64,000 nt of DNA from an uncultured Collinsella sp. (GCA_902470895.1 CABRID010000001.1:1141-65140); one strand, 5' to 3'. Shown: positions 48,086-59,218, counted from the first letter of the stretch. The notes: generated by a model from the sequence alone, not told the origin. Program-made: numbers and translations.

Positions 48086-48988
48086 ATGGATCGCAAAAAA
48101 GCAATCGCGCTCTCATTTTCCGTTCCCGTCGCATGGGGCTTTTCGTATCCCCTCATGAAGATCGGCATGGACAGCATGAACGCCACGAGCATCGTTGCGC
48201 TGCGCTGCATCATCGCCTTTGTGGCCTGCCTGCTGCTCTTCCACAAGCGCGCGTTCCGTATCAACCGCGACCTTATGGTCCGCGCCGCCATCATCGGCGC
48301 CATTATGGCAACCGAGCTCACCTGCATGTGCTTGGGCTCTAGCCTCACCTCCGCCTCCACCGCCGGCTTTTTGCAGAGCCTGACGGTCGTGATCGTGCCG
48401 TTTGCCAACGCCGCCCTGCTGCGCCGCGCCCCCGAGCGCAAAGTGCTCGTCGGCACCGCCATCGTCACCTGCGGTATGTTGCTGCTCTCGGGCGCTGACT
48501 TCACCAGCCTGAACCCGGGCGCGCTCATCATGCTGCTCTCCGCCTTTGTCTACGCCGGACACATCATTGTCGCCAAGCGCTTTGTCGAAGAAGTCGATCC
48601 GCTGGCTCTGGGCGTTTGGCAGCTAGGCTTTGGCGGTTTGTTCTCGGGCGTCGCGGCATTCACCTTTGGCGGCTTCACGCTTCCCAGCACGCCGGGCGAA
48701 ATCGTGGTCGTCGTCGCGCTCGCACTCATCTGCTCTGCCTACGGCTTTATCACCCAGACGCTCGTGCAGCCCCACGTGCCCGCCGAGACCACTGGCTTCG
48801 CCTTCTCGCTCGAGCCGGTCTGCTCCGCCGTCTTTTCGTTCTTCTTGGTTGGCGAGGTCCTGAGCCCCATCGCCTTCTTTGGCGCCGCCCTCATCCTCAC
48901 CGGCGTCATGGTGGCAACCGTCGAGCTTCCGCGCCTCCGCGCACATGAACAGGCTCGCATGGCAGGAGCGTCCGAGCACGTCTCGTAG
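48086..48988 (+). CDS. DMT/EamA family transporter
   Basis: WG.S, two EamA repeats, LEPV. Confidence 0.9.
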   Translation: MDRKKAIALSFSVPVAWGFSYPLMKIGMDSMNATSIVALRCIIAFVACLLLFHKRAFRINRDLMVRAAIIGAIMATELTCMCLGSSLTSASTAGFLQSLTVVIVPFANAALLRRAPERKVLVGTAIVTCGMLLLSGADFTSLNPGALIMLLSAFVYAGHIIVAKRFVEEVDPLALGVWQLGFGGLFSGVAAFTFGGFTLPSTPGEIVVVVALALICSAYGFITQTLVQPHVPAETTGFAFSLEPVCSAVFSFFLVGEVLSPIAFFGAALILTGVMVATVELPRLRAHEQARMAGASEHVS

Positions 48989-49076
48989 ACCCCACTCTTC
49001 ATACAGCCGCGGCATAAAGGCAACCGGTGCGCCTTTACAATAGATGCCAGCAGAGCATCTGACGTAAAGGAGCCCC

Positions 49077-49802
49077 ATGGACGCCGCGACCCGCGACCGC
49101 AACATAGCAACTTGGTTGGGCAATGCGCCGCAGCCGGTACGTGACACTACGAACCAGCTGCTCGAGCGCATCGCCCTTTTGCGTGCCGAGCAGACTATCT
49201 ACCCGGCACAAGACGACATCCTCAATGCCCTCGCCTACACGCCGGCCAACCAGGTCAAGGTTGTCATCTTGGGTCAAGACCCCTATCACGGACCCAACCA
49301 GGCAATGGGGCTGTCGTTCTCGGTCCCCGCGACGCAAACCAAGTTGCCGCCGAGCCTGCGCAACATCTATAAGGAGCTCAAAGCCGATCTGGGCTGCCCC
49401 ATTCCCGTCACGGGAGACCTAACGCCATGGGCACAACAGGGCATCCTGCTCCTCAACACTACGCTCACCGTGCGCGAGCATGCCGCGAACTCGCACGCCA
49501 AACTGGGCTGGAGCACGCTCACCGACTACGTTATCGAACGCTGCTGTCAGCTGCCCCAGCCGGTAGTCTTTTTGGCATGGGGCCGCTTTGCTCAGCAGAT
49601 GGTCGAAGGCAAGCTCGTCGCAACTGGTGCGGGCGAGGCAACCGGCAAGTTCTGCCTGGCCTCCACGCACCCCTCGCCGCTTTCGGCCAACCGCGCCACG
49701 GCAGAACTCCCCGCCTTTATGGGGTCGCGTCCCTTCTCGTCAGCCAATCGGCTACTCGAACAGCACGACTCGACCCCCGTCAACTGGACTTGCCTCGGCT
49801 AA
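49077..49802 (+). CDS. ung: Uracil-DNA glycosylase (family 1)
   Basis: GQDPYH, GLSFS, PPSLRNI, LLLN, HPSPLS. Confidence 0.96.
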   Translation: MDAATRDRNIATWLGNAPQPVRDTTNQLLERIALLRAEQTIYPAQDDILNALAYTPANQVKVVILGQDPYHGPNQAMGLSFSVPATQTKLPPSLRNIYKELKADLGCPIPVTGDLTPWAQQGILLLNTTLTVREHAANSHAKLGWSTLTDYVIERCCQLPQPVVFLAWGRFAQQMVEGKLVATGAGEATGKFCLASTHPSPLSANRATAELPAFMGSRPFSSANRLLEQHDSTPVNWTCLG

Positions 49803-49852
49803 CAATCGATACATCAAAAACGCGCCCGACAGCTTTCCATCGGGCGCGTTTC

Positions 49853-50533
49853 CTATTCGGGCCAAATAAATTGTGTGCGGCCGGCCTCGCCGCCATCGAT
49901 CAACAGACTCTGTCCGGTCATAAACCGGTTGGTCACGCCCACAAAGTAGATCCACTCAGCGATCTCTCGAACGGTAGCCCAGCGTTTAAGCGGCGTGAGC
50001 TCCATAATCTGGTTCCACAGGTGCTCGTCTTCCATCACGCAACGGTTGAGCGGCGTGATAACGCCGCCCGGGTCCACACTGTTGGCGATGGCCTGCGGCG
50101 CCAGGCGGTTTGCAAGGTTCTTGGTGTAGGCGATAACGCCGCCCTTGCTGGCAGCATAGGCGGGAAACTCCGATCCCGTATGCCCGCTCGCCGACCCCAC
50201 ATTGACCACGGATTTGATAGCGGGCGCTGGCTTGGCGACAAGCCCCTCCCCCGCAAAGGCGTAGCGCTCGGTCACGTTGATGGTGCCATACAGGTTGGCG
50301 GCGATGTCGTCAGCCGAATCCTGCGTACCGGCAACGTTCACGATCACCTGGGGTTCAAGATCGTCTGGAAACGCGTCCGGCTTGCGAACATCAACGATCA
50401 GATGGCGGTAGCGCTCGTGTTTGATCGCCGCCGGCTGCAAATCAAAGCCCACGACTTCGTGGCCCTCATCCAAAAAGCGCTGCACGCACGCGGCTCCGAT
50501 ACCGCCCGAAGCGCCCGTGATCAAAACCCGCAT
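49853..50533 (-). CDS. SDR family oxidoreductase
   Basis: TGASGGIG, NVAG, S...YAASK, DGG. Confidence 0.92.
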   Translation of the reverse strand: MRVLITGASGGIGAACVQRFLDEGHEVVGFDLQPAAIKHERYRHLIVDVRKPDAFPDDLEPQVIVNVAGTQDSADDIAANLYGTINVTERYAFAGEGLVAKPAPAIKSVVNVGSASGHTGSEFPAYAASKGGVIAYTKNLANRLAPQAIANSVDPGGVITPLNRCVMEDEHLWNQIMELTPLKRWATVREIAEWIYFVGVTNRFMTGQSLLIDGGEAGRTQFIWPE

Positions 50534-50542
50534 ACTTGCTCC

Positions 50543-51265
50543 TTAGGCGGTTGCGTGGCGCTCGAGGTACTCGGAACCCACATTCTCGCGCTCCCAGCCG
50601 CGCACGACCTTGTAGCCCACGGGGCTCAGGAAGACCTCGCACAGCAGCTCGGCAACAGCGCCGGTCAGCGAGCACATGAGGACCTGCACCCAGGTCCAAC
50701 CAAAGAACGTGTGGCTCACCACAATGGCAAAGACCAGGTTGTCGATAAACTGGCCAACACCCGTGGACACATAGGAGCGGAAGGCGAAGCTCGCAAAGTT
50801 ATTCTTTTTGAGCATGCGGCCGAGCGACTGGTTGAGCGTGGAGTTAACCACGGCAGAAACGAGCATTGCCAGCGAAGAGCCCAGCACCACGTACCAGGTG
50901 CCGCCGATGGTGGCGTTAAGGGCGGTGTTGACCTCGATCATGCCCGTGTCGTAGTAGGCGCCCCACATGCCGGGCGTGAGCGAACATGCCCAAAAGCACA
51001 GGCTCACGGCGAGGTTAACCAGCAGCGCGAGGATAGAGATTTTGATGGATGCCTTGGCGCCAAAGCGCTTGCAAATCATGTCCTGGCACAAAAACGAAAC
51101 CCAGCTCACCACAAAGCCGCAATCGAGTGCCAGATACGGCAGGCTGATGAGCTCCTTGTTGGCCAGCAGGTTCATCATGATGACGCTCACGAAAAACAGC
51201 GAAACCGTTGCCGCGGGAATGCTCCGCAGCAGGACCTTGTAGTCCTCCATGACCTTCTTGATCAT
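50543..51265 (-). CDS. VUT (YhhQ/Vut_1-like) family transporter
   Basis: MNLLANK, D..CKRFG, GSSLA, RSYVST..GQFIDNLVF. Confidence 0.82.
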   Translation of the reverse strand: MIKKVMEDYKVLLRSIPAATVSLFFVSVIMMNLLANKELISLPYLALDCGFVVSWVSFLCQDMICKRFGAKASIKISILALLVNLAVSLCFWACSLTPGMWGAYYDTGMIEVNTALNATIGGTWYVVLGSSLAMLVSAVVNSTLNQSLGRMLKKNNFASFAFRSYVSTGVGQFIDNLVFAIVVSHTFFGWTWVQVLMCSLTGAVAELLCEVFLSPVGYKVVRGWERENVGSEYLERHATA

Positions 51266-51269
51266 TATG

Positions 51270-51322
51270 TACTCCTTTGGTTTTAGGTTTAACGAGCAGG
51301 ATATCGGACCCGAACTGCTCGG
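51270..51322 (-). ncRNA. Candidate preQ1 class I-like riboswitch
   Basis: CGAGCAG-UUCGGGUCCGAUAUC-CUGCUCG-UUAAACCUAAAACCAAAGGAG: stem, UUCG-start loop, A-rich tail running into the RBS of the VUT gene. Confidence 0.55.
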
Positions 51323-51421
51323 ACGCCCCGGTCTTGAGACGACGGTGGGTATGATAGCCGCTCGCGCGGCATAAGGCAAACAAACGGCGCGGCAGCCCCA
51401 CAGGACCACCGCGCCGATGCG

Positions 51422-53035
<1,614 letters not shown>

Positions 53036-53179
53036 GCGGATCCTTTCTTGCATTGAGTGCATTACGTCGTTGTAACCCGACTATTGTAGCCGCGAAATGC
53101 CGTTACAGGGCACCTATCAGGACAAATTCATCAGTTGGGGCCTGGGTAGCAATCGATGGCGGCACTCCGCAGCAATTTG

Positions 53180-53475
53180 TCTCGATCTGTAACATCTAGA
53201 CGGTTTTTGAACCTCTACCTGTTACAGATTTAGACAAACAGGTGGGCGTCCCAGAAAGATCTCGATCTGTAACATCTAGCCACTCAAAACGGGTCCATCT
53301 GTTACAGATTGAGATATAAGGATAGACGGGTGGCCAATGTCTCGATCTGTAACATCTAGCAGCCAAAATCTTCTCCAGTTGTTACAAATTGAGACAACCA
53401 GGTGGGGCCCGCCAGTAAAATCTCGATCTGTAACAGGTAGCCGTCCAAATCGGCTCCAGATGTTACAGATTGAGA
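53180..53475. repeat. Array of four ~80-bp units, each an inverted pair of a 15-bp motif
   Basis: TCTCGATCTGTAACA at 53180, 53260, 53340, 53421; TGTTACAGATTGAGA-like at 53220, 53300, 53380, 53461; spacers 25-26 nt. Confidence 0.93.
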
Positions 53476-53516
53476 TAAATGAACGGGCGGACAATCCCTA
53501 CTTACCTCTTGCGTAA

Positions 53517-53563
53517 CTGTGCATAGTGTATATATACTGTGCTTACCGGTTATATACACGTGT
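53517..53563 (+). promoter_or_regulatory. Candidate YtrA-type GntR operator/promoter
   Basis: CTGTGC repeated twice plus gtgtatata / tatatacac inverted motif just upstream of gntR. Confidence 0.5.
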
Positions 53564-53586
53564 AGCCCAACAGCTAAGGAGCCGCT

Positions 53587-53967
53587 GTGGACATCATCCT
53601 ATCCAATTCGAGCGACAAGCCCATCTACGAGCAGATAGCCTCGCAAGTCAAAGCTCAGATCCTATCGGGCGCACTCGCTGCGGGAGCCAAACTCCCCAGT
53701 ATCCGTGCGCTTGCCAGCGACCTGAGTGTGAGCGTTATCACCACCAAGCGCGCCTACGCCGACTTGGAGCAGCTCGGGTTTATCTGCACCGTGCAGGGCA
53801 AGGGGTGCTTTGTCGCTGAGGGCAACCAAGAACTCTTACGCGAAAGCCAGCTCTGCCATATCGAAGAGCTACTTGCAAAAGCGGCGAGCCAAGCCGAAAC
53901 CCTGGGCGTCACACGCGACAAGCTGCACGAAATGCTTGACCTGGTAGCTCCCGAAACCATGCAGTAG
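53587..53967 (+). CDS. GntR-family regulator (YtrA subfamily)
   Basis: PIYEQI, LPSIRALA, SVITTKRAY, QGKGCFV; short C-terminal domain. Confidence 0.93.
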   Translation: MDIILSNSSDKPIYEQIASQVKAQILSGALAAGAKLPSIRALASDLSVSVITTKRAYADLEQLGFICTVQGKGCFVAEGNQELLRESQLCHIEELLAKAASQAETLGVTRDKLHEMLDLVAPETMQ

Positions 53968-53990
53968 CCATCTGCAAGAAAGGCTATACC

Positions 53991-54872
53991 ATGCAAAACT
54001 TGTTAGAACTCAAAGGTGTCTCACGCCGCGTGAGCGAACGTTTTTCGCTGCGTGATGTCACGCTCGCCGTGGAGCCCGGCCAGATTGTTGGCTTTGTGGG
54101 CGCTAACGGTGCCGGCAAGACAACGACCATTCGCGCCGCGCTCGGGCTTATCAAGCTCGATGCCGGCGAGATGCGCCTGTTTGGGCAGCGCTGTGGCACC
54201 GACGCGCCCGATGAGACACAGCGCTGCCTGCGCTCCCGCGTCGGTCTCGTCCTGGACACATGCCCCTTCCCTTCAACGCTCAAGGTGGGCCAAATCGAGG
54301 CACTCGTAGGCCAGGCGTACCCCACGTGGGACCGCAAAACGTTTGCCGGATTCATCGACCGATTTGACCTCGATCCCAAGACAAAGGTCAAGGACCTCTC
54401 CCGCGGCATGGGCATGAAACTGCAGCTTGCCTGTGCACTCAGCCATAATGCCAAGCTACTCCTTTTGGACGAAGCCACCGCGGGCCTCGATCCCATGGCG
54501 CGCGAGGAACTGCTCGATGAGCTGCTTGCTTTTGTCGCCGACGGCCAGCACAGCGTGCTGCTCTCGAGCCACATTACGTCCGACCTCGATCGCGCCGCCG
54601 ACCGCGTCATCTGCATCGATAACGGCTCGATTGTGTTTGACCTGCCGCGCGAGGACATTACCGACCGAGCCGGCATCGCCCACTGCACCCAAGCTCAGGC
54701 CGCCGAGCTTATGGCTTGCGTCGAAGGTGCCCATGCCGCCCGCCACGCCTACAGCGTGGACGTGCTCGTGCCCAACCGTCGCGAAACGCTCGAGGCCTTT
54801 CCCGAGATTCCCTGCGATCGGGCAACCATTGACGACTATCTTCGCCTCACGCTGAAAGGGGCTTCAAAATGA
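53991..54872 (+). CDS. ABC transporter ATP-binding protein
   Basis: GANGAGKTT, LSRGM, LDEATAGLD, SSH. Confidence 0.93.
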   Translation: MQNLLELKGVSRRVSERFSLRDVTLAVEPGQIVGFVGANGAGKTTTIRAALGLIKLDAGEMRLFGQRCGTDAPDETQRCLRSRVGLVLDTCPFPSTLKVGQIEALVGQAYPTWDRKTFAGFIDRFDLDPKTKVKDLSRGMGMKLQLACALSHNAKLLLLDEATAGLDPMAREELLDELLAFVADGQHSVLLSSHITSDLDRAADRVICIDNGSIVFDLPREDITDRAGIAHCTQAQAAELMACVEGAHAARHAYSVDVLVPNRRETLEAFPEIPCDRATIDDYLRLTLKGASK

Positions 54873-55567
54873 AACGCGCCTTTATGTCCGAGCTCGCCAT
54901 CGCTCGCACGCTCATCCCGAGCATTGCGGGCGTCGGCCTGTTCATCTTCGTCATGCTAACCCTTGCCAACGCATCGGACGGCGATACCGGTATGAGCGCC
55001 GGCGCCTGCGCGGTCAGCGCCATGTCGCCCATCATAATCATGAACTCACTGGCTGGCTACGATAACCAAAACGGCTGGGAGCGCTATCGGGCAACGCTGC
55101 CGTTCTCGCGCAAAGACATCATCTGCGCACGCTACCTGTGCATTATTGCTTTCTCGGCCGTCATGGCATGCACCGCCGTGCTTTTGAACATCATCGCCCT
55201 TCCGTTCTTCGATCACACGGGCATTCCCTCGACGGGACAGACCGTCTTTGAGATCACAATAGCCTCCGCCGCATCGATGCTCATCTCCCTCATGATGGTG
55301 TTTTTGGCACAGCCGCTGTTCTTTCGATTTGGACACATGGAGGCGCTGCGCCTTTCCGTCGGCCTGTTTGCCCTGATGGGCTGCGGTACCATGGCAATGC
55401 TGAGCTCCTCCAACCCCATCAGCAACTGGCTCATGTCGATTGCCGGAGCGAATCCCGATCCTGCCGTTCTTGGCTGCCTGTGTGCAGGCATCGCCGCGCT
55501 TGCCCTCGCGCTATGTGTAATCAGCTGCGCTGTCAGCATCAAGGTTTATCGAGCACGCGATCTGTAA
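54869..55567 (+). CDS. ABC-2 type permease
   Basis: Six TM, GW..Y..TLP.SR..I..ARY. Confidence 0.87.
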   Translation: MKRAFMSELAIARTLIPSIAGVGLFIFVMLTLANASDGDTGMSAGACAVSAMSPIIIMNSLAGYDNQNGWERYRATLPFSRKDIICARYLCIIAFSAVMACTAVLLNIIALPFFDHTGIPSTGQTVFEITIASAASMLISLMMVFLAQPLFFRFGHMEALRLSVGLFALMGCGTMAMLSSSNPISNWLMSIAGANPDPAVLGCLCAGIAALALALCVISCAVSIKVYRARDL

Positions 55568-55601
55568 CCACGCGAGCCTTGACTCACGAAGTCCACAATC
55601 G

Positions 55602-55772
55602 ATCGCCCGCGAATACGGGTTTGACACCTACGCTGTCGATCTCTGGAGCGACCCCGAGGAAAACCGCGCGTTCTTCGATTCACTCGGCATTTCGCGCGAC
55701 ACGATTCATCCCGTTCAGGCGGGCGCGCTCGAGTATCTCAACACCATTGCAATCGTGCTGAGGAAGCTCTAA
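55602..55772 (+). pseudogene. SAM-dependent methyltransferase remnant
   Basis: Startless frame IAREYGFDTYAVDLWSDPEENRAFFDSLGISRDTIHPVQA-GALEYLNTIAIVLRKL*. Confidence 0.6.
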
Positions 55773-55854
55773 ATGACAGCCGCGCGAGACCGTAGACATA
55801 CGGCCTCGCGCGGAATCTTTCTTAATTACTCTTGGAGCAGCGGCCCGGCAGGCG

Positions 55855-56646
55855 CTACATCCTCGCGCCGGGTTTGGGATGCCTGTACTGACCATGGGCG
55901 GCCGTGCGCTTGCCGCGTGAGATGGCAAACTTTGGGCAGCAGTGCAGACAACGGAGACAGGCGGCGCACTCCGGTTTTGCCCACACGGGAAGACCGTCGC
56001 GCATCTCAATTGCCACCATGGGACAGCGTTTAGCGCAGAGGCCACAGCCGATGCAACGGCTAGCATCAACGGCAAACTTGCTCGTCTGCTGCATACGCGG
56101 CAACCCAAACGCGTGATACGCGCACGATGCAAACAGGGGCACGCGATGGCGCATCATGTCGCCCGTGCGCCGCACCCGCACCGCCTCGATCACGGCATCA
56201 ATCTGCGCCTCGGCAGCTCTATTGATACCCTCAACCTTTTGAGGGTCAGACAGGTCGAAAACAGGCGTCCAGGTATCGGGCATCTTGACGCTCATCGCCG
56301 CATCCAACTCGAGCCCACGCTCGTGCAGCAGGTCGCGGGCAAACTTGGCAGATTGGCCGGTCGTCGAACCGTACGTCGAAACATAGAACGTATAGGGGCG
56401 CTCGCCGCCCTTTGCACCGGCAGCAATCGACAGGTCGGCAGTCTTCAAAAACTCGATCATCGGTGTCGGCAGACCCCAGGCATACACCGGAGCAACAAAT
56501 CCCAGCTGGCAGGGGCCTTCCGTCGCAACAAGGCGAAGGGCTTCGGCATCAAAACGCTCAATCGACACAACCTTGTCGTCTGTCGCCGCCGCAATGCGAC
56601 GCGCCACATGTTCGCTGTTCCCCGTCGCGCTAAAGTACAGGATCAT
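55855..56646 (-). CDS. EFR1-type flavodoxin-ferredoxin protein
   Basis: YFSATGNS, PVYAW, CIGCGLCAKRCP, CAACLRCLHCCP. Confidence 0.9.
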   Translation of the reverse strand: MILYFSATGNSEHVARRIAAATDDKVVSIERFDAEALRLVATEGPCQLGFVAPVYAWGLPTPMIEFLKTADLSIAAGAKGGERPYTFYVSTYGSTTGQSAKFARDLLHERGLELDAAMSVKMPDTWTPVFDLSDPQKVEGINRAAEAQIDAVIEAVRVRRTGDMMRHRVPLFASCAYHAFGLPRMQQTSKFAVDASRCIGCGLCAKRCPMVAIEMRDGLPVWAKPECAACLRCLHCCPKFAISRGKRTAAHGQYRHPKPGARM

Positions 56647-56683
56647 CTCGTACCCCTCTGGAGTTGACTCGCGATTAACCGCG

Positions 56684-57988
56684 CTATTTGCGCAGCGGCT
56701 TGGGCAGTGGAATGCCGGCGGCGATGACGGCCGCGATGATCATGCAGACGATACCCTTGAGTGGGAAGCACATGAGCAGCAGGCCCACGACCATGACCGG
56801 CTGACGCATGACCGCACCCATCGTCGATGCCGTGCAGACGGCGACGCAAAAGACCGGATCTGCGCCGGTGAGGATGGCAAGGCCATAGCCCAGGCTTACG
56901 CCCGAGAAGATAACCGGGAAAAAGTGACCGCCGCGCCAACCAAGGTTGATGAGGGCGGGCGTCAGCATGGCCTTAACAAGACCGGTCGCGATAAGCACGC
57001 CAGCGGGAATGGTCAGATAGGTTTCCATGAGCACGTCGGCCTGGGTCTCGCCGGCAAACATGGTATAGGGCAGGACCGTGCCACAGATGGCGAGTGCCAG
57101 ACCGGCCAGCATGGCCTTGACGACAGGACGCTCCCCTATTGCATGGGACAGTGCCTCGCTTGCATGCTCAGAGACAAAGTACAGCCAGCCGCAGACGGTG
57201 CCGATCAACGACAGAGGGACGAGCCAGGTAAGCTCTAGGTTGCCCACCTCGGCGGACTCGAACCTGGGCATGCCCATGCCGCCGCCCACAAGCTGTCCAA
57301 GCAGCAGGTAGGTGCCCAGACCGCCGGCAATCGCAATACCGTAGACCACCGTCTTTTGCGCCTTGGGCAGCTTGATGGTGATCTCGCCGGACGCGGACTC
57401 ATCGTCGGCGTCTTCACCCTGGCCGTCGGTGCTACCGGCAAGCGGCGCCACAAAGCCAAAGACGGGCGCGGTAAAGAGCGCCGTCAGGGCAGCCTGGGTG
57501 CCCAGCAACGTGAGCTCCCTAAACTCGGCGCCAAAGCGACGCATGCGGTCGCCGACCCAGCTGCACAGACCGGCGATAACGCCGGTCAGGCCGGCCTCCG
57601 GTCCAATGCTTCCGCCAAACAGCAGCGGCAGCAATGCCGCGAGCGAAAGCTTGCCCAGGTTGTCGTACGGGTAGCGCCCGTCTTGCTTAACCTTAGCCAT
57701 CACCTGGTTGAGGTCATCGGTCTTGGTGCCTGTCATCTTTTCGTACAGACCGATTAACAGGCCGCCCAGCAGGCAGACAAAAAACGGGTACGGCAGAAAG
57801 CCAAACGGGCCGCTGGCAAGCTCGGGCGAAGCGACGCCCAGCGCGTGCGGAATCTCGGTCCATAGATAGTCGATACCGTGCTCCATCGCAAAAAAGAACA
57901 GCCAGACTGCGGCACCAGCGAGTGCACCGGTCACGGCAACGCTGACCAAATACAGCGCTCGGTTCGTGGGTTTGGCAAGGTTATCCAT
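56684..57988 (-). CDS. ClC-family chloride channel protein
   Basis: GSIGPEA, GWRGGHFFP, many TM helices. Confidence 0.85.
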   Translation of the reverse strand: MDNLAKPTNRALYLVSVAVTGALAGAAVWLFFFAMEHGIDYLWTEIPHALGVASPELASGPFGFLPYPFFVCLLGGLLIGLYEKMTGTKTDDLNQVMAKVKQDGRYPYDNLGKLSLAALLPLLFGGSIGPEAGLTGVIAGLCSWVGDRMRRFGAEFRELTLLGTQAALTALFTAPVFGFVAPLAGSTDGQGEDADDESASGEITIKLPKAQKTVVYGIAIAGGLGTYLLLGQLVGGGMGMPRFESAEVGNLELTWLVPLSLIGTVCGWLYFVSEHASEALSHAIGERPVVKAMLAGLALAICGTVLPYTMFAGETQADVLMETYLTIPAGVLIATGLVKAMLTPALINLGWRGGHFFPVIFSGVSLGYGLAILTGADPVFCVAVCTASTMGAVMRQPVMVVGLLLMCFPLKGIVCMIIAAVIAAGIPLPKPLRK

Positions 57989-58113
57989 CGGGTCCTCCCG
58001 CGGTCAAAGTCGACATAGATGCGTTTTATTGTAGAGCGAGCGTTGCCCGAACGAGCCAACCATCCACGCCGCGAACGGCACCATTGGGAGCCATAGTGGG
58101 GCAGGCTCAAGAC

Positions 58114-58647
58114 TTATCCGTTGATAATCGAAGCAATCTCGCTCAAATCGTCGGCAAAGTAGATGCCCTGCTGGCGCCGTGGGCTCGATAGCCCTTTATC
58201 AATCATGTGCCCGAGCAGTGCCTTGAGGTCGTTGTAGTAACCGTCCAGGTTATACAGGATGCACGGAGCACTCAGGTGCCCCAACGACACCGCGGACATA
58301 ACCTCGGCAATCTCCTCGAGCGTGCCCGTCCCGCCGGGAAAGGCAATGAAGGCATCGCCAAGCTCGATCATCTTGGCTTTACGCTCGGCCATATCGCTCG
58401 TCACGATGAGGTCGTCGATACCGTCATGTTGAAACTCGGCCTCGATAAAAAAGCTCGGCTCAACACCCGTCACGTGTCCACCTGCCTCGAGTACGCTATC
58501 GGCGAGCGCGCCCATCAGTCCCGACTTGGACCCGCCGTATACCAGCGCGTGTCCGTTGGCGCCAATCCAGTTGCCCAGCTCCTGTACCGCAGGTAGAAAC
58601 GCCGGGTCACTACCGACGCTGGCACCCAGATACACGGTGATATTCAT
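58114..58647 (-). CDS. LOG family (TIGR00730) nucleotide phosphoribohydrolase
   Basis: YGG...GLMG, RK..M, PGGTGTLEE. Confidence 0.92.
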   Translation of the reverse strand: MNITVYLGASVGSDPAFLPAVQELGNWIGANGHALVYGGSKSGLMGALADSVLEAGGHVTGVEPSFFIEAEFQHDGIDDLIVTSDMAERKAKMIELGDAFIAFPGGTGTLEEIAEVMSAVSLGHLSAPCILYNLDGYYNDLKALLGHMIDKGLSSPRRQQGIYFADDLSEIASIING

Positions 58648-58682
58648 TTCAGCCCCCCTCATCGTGACGCGCGGCGCCCGTT

Positions 58683-59108
58683 CTAGCGTTGGCGGCGGCG
58701 ATATTCGCGCACGCGGCGCGACAGATCGGCGAGCTCGTCACGATCGAGCTCTTCCAAATGCTCAAGATCGTCCATAAAGCGCGCCATGGTGTCCTTTTGG
58801 CGCAGCTTGATGAGCGTATTGCAGTAGTTCACCGCCACGCCCGTAAGCATGGCGATATAGAAGATACTGATGACGCTTAGGATGACGGTAATGCCGCGGG
58901 CAACCGGCGTTTCTGCCGGGATATCGCCAAAGCCGATCGTCGAGACCGTCTCAAAGCTAAACCAGAGACCATCACCAAAGGTGAGGGTCGTAGGCTCGGA
59001 CAGCCAGACAGCCGTCGAGCACAGCAGGTAAAAGATAAGAAACAGGCCCGTAATGCGTGCAAAGCCAGCCTGTCGCAGCACATCGGCAAGCGTCCTCAAC
59101 CTGTTCAT
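58683..59108 (-). CDS. Two-TM potassium channel family protein
   Basis: LWFSFETVSTIGFGD selectivity filter. Confidence 0.88.
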   Translation of the reverse strand: MNRLRTLADVLRQAGFARITGLFLIFYLLCSTAVWLSEPTTLTFGDGLWFSFETVSTIGFGDIPAETPVARGITVILSVISIFYIAMLTGVAVNYCNTLIKLRQKDTMARFMDDLEHLEELDRDELADLSRRVREYRRRQR

Positions 59109-59160
59109 CGCGACCCTTTCCACGGACAACCAATCACGTTCGCTCGGTATTGTCCCACAA

Positions 59161-59218
59161 CCGGCAGTTAGGGACGTTCCTTTTGTGCCAGCAGAAAGGG
59201 ACTGTCCCCAACTGCCGG
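59161..59218. repeat. Inverted doublet of REP-like units
   Basis: ccggcagttagggacgttccttttg ... gaaagggactgtccccaactgccgg. Confidence 0.8.

Noticed and set aside
49427..51286. 619-aa + strand ORF and other long antisense ORFs (e.g. 1953-3059, 13393-14643, 17557-19284, 34127-35464, 51467-53056)
   Set aside because: Shadow frames of well-recognised opposite-strand genes in GC-rich DNA; no recognisable motifs.
53180..53475. CRISPR array interpretation
   Set aside because: Repeats alternate in orientation, are only 15 bp, spacers are partly related to each other, and no cas genes are in the window.
53276..53559. Short ORFs across the repeat array
   Set aside because: No RBS; the repeated peptides simply reflect the DNA repeat and 80 bp is not a multiple of 3.
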